This document shows, piece after piece, positions 1 through 5,944 of a stretch of DNA of 32,000 bases. Origin of the DNA: Rhizobium vallis (GTDB lineage Bacteria; Pseudomonadota; Alphaproteobacteria; Rhizobiales; Rhizobiaceae); the NCBI RefSeq assembly GCF_003985155.1, contig NZ_ML133686.1, positions 1 to 32,000 on the forward strand, in the 5' to 3' direction. The stretch's first letter is position 1, and each line of letters opens with the position of its first letter. The position numbers were made by a program, and so were the translations under genes. The notes beneath the pieces are model-generated. The model saw nothing but the letters and a program-made list of their open reading frames with translations, was not told where the DNA came from and did no database searches.

Positions 1-449
1 CCAAAGCCCTGAAGCTCGTGTCGCTGCACGCCAGGAGATCTCCGCAGCGATCGTCCGTGACCTCTTCACTCTCTGGCAGGCGACCCTGCCACGGGTCTCT
101 GGAAAATCCAAACTCGCCGAAGCTCTGCGGTATGCCATCTCGCGTCGAGACATCTTCGAGCGCTTCCTGACCGACGGCCGCATCGAACTCGACTCCAACA
201 TAGTCGAGCGAGCAATCAGACCCCAAGCGATCACGAGGAAAAATAGTCTATTCGCTGGAAGCGACGGTGGCGGCCGGACTTGGGCGACCATCGCGACGCT
301 CCTGCAAACGGCAAAGATGAATGCAGTCGATCCGCAAGCTTGGTTGACCCAGACGCTTGAGCGCCTTGCGAATGGATGGCCCAGCAGTGAAATCGACGCG
401 CTCATGCCATGGAACTACGCCGCCTGAACGGCCACGGCTTGTCGCTTAC
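1..449 (+). mobile_element. Right end of an IS66-family insertion sequence (the element continues left of the window)
   Basis: Carries the 3' end of an IS66-type transposase ORF. The terminus reads ...GTCGCTTAC at 441-449, the reverse complement of the 5'-GTAAGCG start typical of IS66-family terminal inverted repeats. Confidence 0.8.
2..427 (+). CDS. IS66-family transposase (TnpC), C-terminal 141 codons; the 5' part lies outside the window
   Basis: Open frame from the window edge to TGA 425-427. It is absent from the ORF track because it has no start in the window. The translation ...LAEALRYAISRRDIFERFLTDGRIELDSNIVERAIRPQAITRKNSLFAGSDGGGRTWATIATLLQTAKMNAVDPQAWLTQTLERLANGW... matches the conserved IS66 TnpC C-terminus as I recall it. 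Confidence 0.9.
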   Translation, partial: QSPEARVAARQEISAAIVRDLFTLWQATLPRVSGKSKLAEALRYAISRRDIFERFLTDGRIELDSNIVERAIRPQAITRKNSLFAGSDGGGRTWATIATLLQTAKMNAVDPQAWLTQTLERLANGWPSSEIDALMPWNYAA

Positions 450-662
450 CGTGCTATTCCTGACAAGAGCAAACTGGTAGCGGCCCAAAGAGCCCCATGG
501 CGAGAACTGCAGGACTAGCGCTCCGCCTATGACAATGCCCAGCGCGCTAAGCGCAACGATGGCAAGGGGTGATAGGGGGTTAGGTGTGGTCTGACTGGTG
601 GGGGTAGTCCCCGGGCCCTGACGGCGGACCTCAACTCGCTGCTCAAACGTATCTACACTCAT
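402..662 (-). CDS. Small single-TM ORF whose last ~15 codons and stop lie inside the IS66 terminus; probably disrupted by the IS insertion
   Basis: ATG at 662 preceded by AGGGGA 5 nt upstream. One clear hydrophobic helix (PLAIVALSALGIVIGGALVL). The frame crosses the IS end at 449/450. Confidence 0.3.
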   Translation of the reverse strand: MSVDTFEQRVEVRRQGPGTTPTSQTTPNPLSPLAIVALSALGIVIGGALVLQFSPWGSLGRYQFALVRNSTVSDKPWPFRRRSSMA

Positions 663-1350
663 CGGTTTCCCCTAGGCCGTCGCCTGCGGTACGCCCCCGC
701 ATGCCTGGCCATGACCCCTTGTGATCGGGGAGGTAGATAACAGAGCTTAGCCTGTCCCTGGGGCCTTTAGTTCGGTGAACCTGGACATACGCCACAGGCT
801 CCCCGACCTGGAGAAGGTCAAGGATCGGTATCCCTTCCGGTGGGAGACCATACCGCTAAGCTCAGGCTTTCTACGACCCGGAGCGCCGCGTCTGCGCTCT
901 ACATCTTCTTAGGCTATCCCTTGGAGGTTGCCAATATGCCCCCCTAAGAGTGGTGATCTGCCTCACCTAGGTATTGCTAGTCATGGTGCCATCCTAGGGT
1001 GTCCCGGGGTTGCGGTGCCATGGCGGGTGGAGGCAGTGGGGGCCTGAGGACGTGACCTGTGAGGTGTGAGAGCCAAAGGTGTTCGTGCTTGAGGGGGGGG
1101 TAGTATAGCCCTGCCTCCATCAGGTGATATAGTGCAAGGGGGTGGTCAATGGGGCGTAGGTCTGCCTTGATGATTGTATAGGCCAGTGATGTAGAGTGTA
1201 TATCAAGGGACAACGACCGTTGTTGGGGGGGTGAATTGGTGATACCCAAGTAGGGGGTATGTGATGTGTCCTTAACCTATGAAAATATATTATATAATAT
1301 TTTAGATAAACTGGTGACAAATGTCGCCGCTCGGATTATTTTAGTGCCGC
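663..1350 (+). other. ~690-bp ORF-free leader of the island operon: hairpin-rich 5' part, G-run/GTGAT-repeat middle, AT-rich 3' tract
   Basis: No plus-strand ORF of 60 aa or more; the minus-strand ORFs are P/H-rich artefacts of the C-rich complement. G runs of 4 or more occur only on the plus strand: 1006-1009, 1038-1042, 1093-1100, 1138-1142, 1151-1154, 1225-1231, 1253-1257. GTGAT occurs at 721, 953, 1124, 1187, 1239 and 1261, and GTGAC at 1314. Confidence 0.6.
1271..1310 (+). promoter_or_regulatory. AT-rich tract with a putative promoter for the island operon (or a DNA-unwinding element)
   Basis: The 33-nt stretch 1278-1310 contains only 2 G/C. TATAAT at 1293-1298 has CTTAAC at 1271-1276, 16 nt upstream. 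It sits ~50 nt before the first ORF of the operon. Confidence 0.35.
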
Positions 1351-1917
1351 TTGGGTGCCGCAGTGGTATCCGAGATCAACGAAAGGAATAAGCAAATATC
1401 CTACCAACCATCTCCGGCTGTTGACTGGGCTGTGCCAACGCATAAGCTCTTTCTCTCTGTGGCTGGAATCAAGAAGTCTCCGTTTCACGACTCGCAGCAT
1501 GTTTACGCTTGGCGTCTTTTCGCAATTAACGGAGAAATGATCGCGTCGAACGACAAGGCACCATGGGTCCTCTTCGATGGTCCCGATAATCTTGGGCTTT
1601 ACAGTGCTATTGCCGAGGCGCACGCACACCTTCCAAAAGACTCGACGTTAGCGATGTTTGCGCCACAGGAGGAACTACTCCATGTGTTCGGAGAAGGCCT
1701 GGTTAGCCTGAAGCGAAGAGACTTCAGAAAACGCGACAAGAAGCCTTACGTGCATCGTGACCAGATCAAAGCCGTCTACGATCTGGCGGTCGAAAGCGAG
1801 ATAGAACTTTTAGCCCTCAATCCACATTCGAGCGACGAGCACGAAAATCGCGGTTTGATTGGGGATTTCGCTAGGGATCGTTTGCGTGAAGCGATTAACC
1901 GAGACGTAAATGGCTGA
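1351..1917 (+). CDS. Hypothetical protein, RNase HI-like by motif order but with a degenerate active site
   Basis: 188-aa ORF with TTG start (start uncertain; GTG at 1363 is an alternative). Segments NLGLYSAIAEAHAHL, KRRDFRKRDKKPYVHRDQI and HSSDEHENRGLIGDFARD line up by eye with E. coli RnhA [36 protein letters not shown] and HAGHPENERCDELARA. The stop overlaps the next gene's start by 8 nt. Confidence 0.55.
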   Translation: MGAAVVSEINERNKQISYQPSPAVDWAVPTHKLFLSVAGIKKSPFHDSQHVYAWRLFAINGEMIASNDKAPWVLFDGPDNLGLYSAIAEAHAHLPKDSTLAMFAPQEELLHVFGEGLVSLKRRDFRKRDKKPYVHRDQIKAVYDLAVESEIELLALNPHSSDEHENRGLIGDFARDRLREAINRDVNG

Positions 1918-2665
1918 AGACTTACTCAGGGGGCGTCGCAGCAATGCGGCGCTTTCTCTGGAGATTACCCAACAGCGGCGATGTGCAGCGCTCGGATGCC
2001 GCCGGCAAGTGGAAGTAGCCGAAGGGACCGGCCTTGCTCGCTACCACTGCCGCTATCACGTCCAGCATAAGTCCCGGCACGGCTCTCATTGGCACGCGAC
2101 CTATAAGGCGTCTGAGCTGCGGCCCTACGTGCAGAGCGCGGAACGGTGGATTAAGGAACACCGGGAGGACTCGACTTATCGCGGGACCTATTGGGAGCTG
2201 GAGCACTTCATGGCGGGCGTGGGGCGTGCTGATGTGGCGATGAACTTGCGGGGACAGTCGGCAGAGTATCGCGCTCGGGTTGCCTTTGCGCGTCTGAGGG
2301 CGGCGGAAATTCCCACTCGGCGGCTCATAGCCATCTATCTCGGAGTCTCAGCTCTTATAGAGGATGATTTCGGCAGTCACCGCACCCGGGAGTTCCGAAT
2401 TGTGCAAGCCGCCAAGGCCGTGCACAGGCTGGCCAGCGGCACCCACCGCAAATGGGACGTTTGGGACCCTCGCACTGGCGGCACCCGCAAAGCCGAGCTT
2501 CACGCCTATCCTCGCTCATCAGGGCACGTCCTGAGGAAGATCGGGGAGGTGTTGGAAAAGGCATGCGACGAGCTAGCCCGCGCTGTGGTGCCCGAGGTCA
2601 TTGCAATGCGTACTGAGCGCTTCGGACCACATCCATCTCACCAGCCTGTCGCCAAGGCGTCCTGA
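1910..2665 (+). CDS. Hypothetical protein with an N-terminal Cys/His cluster (possible zinc ribbon)
   Basis: 251-aa ORF. ATG 1910 overlaps the upstream stop (ATGGCTGA), indicating translational coupling. Contains CAALGC-x17-HCRYH-x2-H. No family recognised. Confidence 0.6.
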   Translation: MAEDLLRGRRSNAALSLEITQQRRCAALGCRRQVEVAEGTGLARYHCRYHVQHKSRHGSHWHATYKASELRPYVQSAERWIKEHREDSTYRGTYWELEHFMAGVGRADVAMNLRGQSAEYRARVAFARLRAAEIPTRRLIAIYLGVSALIEDDFGSHRTREFRIVQAAKAVHRLASGTHRKWDVWDPRTGGTRKAELHAYPRSSGHVLRKIGEVLEKACDELARAVVPEVIAMRTERFGPHPSHQPVAKAS

Positions 2666-2707
2666 TTAACAGCAAAGTCCTCACCGCCGTCTGATCACCT
2701 GGCGGAG

Positions 2708-4033
2708 GTGGGGACGCACATGTTGGAGGCTACCTTGGATATTCGAACTCCATCTCGACGGATGCACCTGAAAGACGGCACCGCCAACCAAGCCGAGCGG
2801 GGAAAGGTCCAGCATTTCGACCCGTGGCTGGTGGCCAACGGGACTAACCTCGTAGAACTCGTAGATTGCCTCTTCTCTGTGTTGACCCCGCCGCCTATTA
2901 CCCCAGGCAGACGGCATAGGGCGGACGCGATTGCACGAAGGAAGGCGTGCGCTGAGGCGCTTATCGCAAACCTTGTAATGGCCGCGCTTGGGCCAAGCCG
3001 GAGTCCCGACCTCGTATTGCCGCTGAGGAAGCTGAAGCGTAGCCGTTATGATCGCGAGGACGTGAGCCCCAATGGCCTTCGCTGGGCAACGGCTGAGTTG
3101 GCAGCTTACGGCTACGTTGAGGTGGAAGCAGCGGTCTATAAGGAGGAAAGGACCAGGCTTATTCCCACGCTGAATTTCGTATCGTTGTTAAATCGGCACG
3201 GGGTCAAGAGAGAGGATGTCGGACGAGCTAGAGGCGACGAAACCATCGTGCTTCAAGCGGAAGTAGACCACGAAAAAGTCTTGGTTGACTACCGAGACAC
3301 ACCAGAGACCATAACGCTTCGGGGAGAGATGTCCGCGATAAACGAGGCCCTCGAGAAAGCCGATATCCGTTTCGATGGCGAGAAGCTGGGACCGATCCAC
3401 CTTAGCCGACGGTTCGATGCTGGGAACTCGGCCGCCCCCTACAGCTTCGATCAGCATGGACGGCTTTACGGTGGCCTCTGGGAAAGCCTGCCACGTGTGG
3501 AGCGTCATCGTCTGACCATCGGCGGTGAAACGGTGGCTGACCTCGATTTCTCGTCGATGTTCGTCCGTCTTGCTTATGTAAGGCGGGGCGTGGTTCCGCC
3601 GGACGAGGACCTCTACGCCATACCGGGGCTGGAGCATCATAGAGAAGGGGTCAAGCGCGTTATCGCTTCGCTGTTCTTCCGTGAATCGGAATCGAAGAGA
3701 CTTCCACGCGATGCCAAACCGCTGCTGCCCGAAGGCTGGACAATGGCGCGAGTTCGGAATGCAATTGCTCATGCACATCCTGCTATTGCCCCCTTATTAG
3801 ACACCGATGTGGGCTTTGAGCTAATGGCGACTGAGAGCAACCTGCTCGTGGCTATACTGCTCGATCTGTTCTCGCAAGGCGTCGTCGCGCTCCCAATGCA
3901 TGACGGCCTTATGGTGCCGGAAAGCAAAAAGGAAATTGCCGTCGAGACAATGAAAAGGGTTAGTCTATCGAAGCTCGGCGTTAGCCTTCCAGTGACGGAA
4001 AAGCAAATTCCTCAACCTAGCCAAGCGGCGTAA
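2708..4033 (+). CDS. Compact family-A DNA polymerase / T7-like RNAP-related palm-fingers protein (putative polymerase or replication protein)
   Basis: 441-aa ORF (GTG 2708, or ATG 2720 with GGAGG at 2704-2708). Ordered motifs: GRLYGG..SLPR, ADLD(280)FSSMFVRLAY (motif A-like), R(312)EGVK(316)RVIASLFF (O-helix/motif B-like), LPMH(398)D(399)GLMV (motif C-like). Confidence 0.6.
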   Translation: MGTHMLEATLDIRTPSRRMHLKDGTANQAERGKVQHFDPWLVANGTNLVELVDCLFSVLTPPPITPGRRHRADAIARRKACAEALIANLVMAALGPSRSPDLVLPLRKLKRSRYDREDVSPNGLRWATAELAAYGYVEVEAAVYKEERTRLIPTLNFVSLLNRHGVKREDVGRARGDETIVLQAEVDHEKVLVDYRDTPETITLRGEMSAINEALEKADIRFDGEKLGPIHLSRRFDAGNSAAPYSFDQHGRLYGGLWESLPRVERHRLTIGGETVADLDFSSMFVRLAYVRRGVVPPDEDLYAIPGLEHHREGVKRVIASLFFRESESKRLPRDAKPLLPEGWTMARVRNAIAHAHPAIAPLLDTDVGFELMATESNLLVAILLDLFSQGVVALPMHDGLMVPESKKEIAVETMKRVSLSKLGVSLPVTEKQIPQPSQAA

Positions 4034-4326
4034 ATAACTTGCCCCTATAGCCTCTGGGGCGGGCCTAGAGTAATGGCCTTCATGTTTAGACCCCATCATC
4101 ACCTTCAGCTTAGAGGCAAGCTTCAAACTGCATAGAGGACACTGGAGGCCCTATCTCAAAGTGACCAACTTAAAGCCGCCTCTTCGTTCCCTTGCTGCTC
4201 TGTCCCTGGGGGAGCAGATGATTGATAGGCGATCTACCATCCCGGCGATGGCGCAGGGTCAATCCTTGCGTCTGCCACTAGGAGCCTTAAAGTCTGGCCC
4301 ACAGGTGGCCATTGGCGGGGGGAGTG

Positions 4327-4686
4327 ATGGGGTCTAACGTTTACAGGAAACTACTGCTGGGATGGGCCGTGCTGCCCCTCGTAGGCGCACCACATGCTTA
4401 CGCCTGCGATCAGCCCATTGTGCTATCCAACTGGAAGTCATGCGCAGTGGGGCCTTTGAGCGAAACCGGAGGCGATGCCGATTGGAAAGCCGTCCCGAAG
4501 TGGACCCGAAGCAAAGACCTTAGGCCCTGGTTTATGGACGATCCCCGCCTGCTCGCCAATCATGGTCTGTGTAACGCCAAGTTCCATCGGGTCGTGCTTT
4601 GTGCGCCGGGATGGCAGGAGAGCGACGATAAGGACGCTTGCTGGTACACGATTTGCAGCGGCTACCAGGCATCATTGGGGAATTGA
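4327..4686 (+). CDS. Small secreted Cys-rich protein
   Basis: ATG 4327 after GGGGGGAG; the ORF track starts at TTG 4312. Signal-peptide-like N-terminus MGSNVYRKLLLGWAVLPLVGAPHAYA followed by 7 Cys in the mature part. No family recognised. Confidence 0.5.
   Translation: MGSNVYRKLLLGWAVLPLVGAPHAYACDQPIVLSNWKSCAVGPLSETGGDADWKAVPKWTRSKDLRPWFMDDPRLLANHGLCNAKFHRVVLCAPGWQESDDKDACWYTICSGYQASLGN
4552..4612 (+). repeat. Direct repeat copy A (inside the Cys-rich protein gene)
   Basis: 61 nt, ungapped, 50/61 identical to 5858-5918. Includes an exact 20-mer TTCCATCGGGTCGTGCTTTG at 4582-4601. Confidence 0.85.
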
Positions 4687-4744
4687 AGGCGGGCGTGATC
4701 CCGGCGACTAGACAAGCTTTGCTGTTGCTGCTCAACCTCGCGTT

Positions 4745-5815
4745 ATGTCCGACCGGTTGATTCTCCTTAGTAATGATGGTGCGCAGCTCAATGCCAACGT
4801 TGAGATGCATGAGAGAGGACTCATCCTGCATAGTCGAAGCGGGACGGACCGTAACCGCGATTACCGCGCGGCACTCGAATTGCTGCTGTCCCGGTTAGAT
4901 CAAGCGCAGATCGTCTACCGAGTTTATCTGGACAGCCGGCCGGTTCAGGGGGTCAATCTTTCCGACCGCGAGCTTTCCTTTGATCGTATGTCGCCTGTCG
5001 GAGCGCGTTTTGACGAACTTGTGCGGGCGATGAATAAGGGCAGCTCCAGCCGTGGCGCTTGGCGGCGGCTTTTGATCGAAACCCCCGGCACAGGGCCTGC
5101 GCGGCTCCGCGAAGTCGCAGAAGGCAAATCCAATATAATCCGCCTTCCTGCCACCGACTTGAGGAAGGTCCTACCGTCCCATATCCATAAGGCAGTCCAG
5201 AAGCTTCTTGACGGCGGTGATGCCCCTAACTTTGCTCCATCAAGGGACTATGACGCTTTGACCAGTACGGGCATACCCCTTGCACCAAAGAAAGTATTCG
5301 GTCTGGCTCTTGAGGAAGCATTGGGAATAGAAGCTCATCCTCGACACTTTAGCGCCGGATGGGGTCAAATCTGTTTCGAACTCCTCGAAGAGGCTGGCCT
5401 ATGGATCGTTCCGAAGAAGGAGGGAATTGCCCGGCCCAAGCCCAGCCATGTGGAAATTACGGCAGAGTTGGCCGATCTTGTACCGACCGATGAGGAGCGC
5501 AGTTGGATTGAGGGTAATCCGAAGATCGCATCCCATTTGAGACGTGAAAGACATCCTGGCTTGGCGAAGGAAAAGCGAGCGCAATTCATCGCAGAGCATG
5601 GGCGGCTCTTCTGTGAAGACTGCAAGCTCGATCCTGTCAAACTCTATGGCGAGGAAGCAGGCTCAGCGTGCATCGAGATGCACCACCATATAACGCACGT
5701 GGCAAAGATGCAGGCCGGCCACAGGACGAGGATGGAAGACCTGAAGTGCTTATGCGCGAATTGCCATCGCGTTTTGCACCGCAAGCTCGCTTTAGGGCTC
5801 ACGGTTACGTTCTGA
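4745..5815 (+). CDS. HNH endonuclease-domain protein (McrA-type HNH at the C-terminus, ~270-aa unassigned N-terminal region)
   Basis: 356-aa ORF. The C-terminus CEDCKLD...IEMHHHITHV...MEDLKCLCANCHRVLHRK is a CxxC...HH...CxxCH HNH/His-Me finger signature. Confidence 0.8.
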   Translation: MSDRLILLSNDGAQLNANVEMHERGLILHSRSGTDRNRDYRAALELLLSRLDQAQIVYRVYLDSRPVQGVNLSDRELSFDRMSPVGARFDELVRAMNKGSSSRGAWRRLLIETPGTGPARLREVAEGKSNIIRLPATDLRKVLPSHIHKAVQKLLDGGDAPNFAPSRDYDALTSTGIPLAPKKVFGLALEEALGIEAHPRHFSAGWGQICFELLEEAGLWIVPKKEGIARPKPSHVEITAELADLVPTDEERSWIEGNPKIASHLRRERHPGLAKEKRAQFIAEHGRLFCEDCKLDPVKLYGEEAGSACIEMHHHITHVAKMQAGHRTRMEDLKCLCANCHRVLHRKLALGLTVTF

Positions 5816-5857
5816 TGTGATGGGCAAAATCACCAAGTTGAGGATGGTCATGGGCTC

Positions 5858-5918
5858 CTCGCCAACGACAGTTTGTATAACGGCAATTTCCATCGGGTCG
5901 TGCTTTGAACGGCGGGAT
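5858..5918 (+). repeat. Direct repeat copy B (intergenic, 43 nt after the HNH stop); relic of a paralogous Cys-rich protein gene
   Basis: Same phase as copy A. It translates to LLANDSLYNGNFHRVVL* versus LLANHGLCNAKFHRVVLC in copy A. Exact 20-mer at 5888-5907. Confidence 0.85.
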
Positions 5919-5944
5919 CGTAACAAAAAGGTAGGGGAAGAAGG

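Noticed and set aside
752-763. 12-mer CTGTCCCTGGGG shared between the leader (752-763) and the spacer after the polymerase-like gene (4200-4211)
   Set aside because: There is no extended similarity around it, and shared 12-mers are expected by chance in a 32-kb window.
977-1629. Minus-strand ORFs (977-1249, 1120-1320, 1336-1629) in the island leader
   Set aside because: Their Pro/His/Leu-rich translations simply mirror the C-rich complement of the G-run region. They have no RBS and overlap each other, so I treated the region as non-coding.
663-4033. A retron/DRT-type system (ncRNA plus reverse transcriptase)
   Set aside because: None of the three proteins has RT motifs (no QGxxxSP, no YxDD). 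The polymerase-like motifs are of the PolA/T7 type instead.
4034-5815. An IscB/OMEGA-like RNA-guided HNH nuclease with the 278-bp upstream spacer as guide RNA
   Set aside because: The protein lacks the PLMP and split RuvC motifs, and the Cys-rich protein gene lies between the spacer and the HNH gene.
5858-5908. The reading LANDSLYNGNFHRVVL-stop looked like a tmRNA tag (AND... start). Integrases often target ssrA.
   Set aside because: There is no tRNA-like domain nearby and the tag does not end in the usual (L)AA. The segment is clearly a paralogous copy of coding sequence at 4552-4612.
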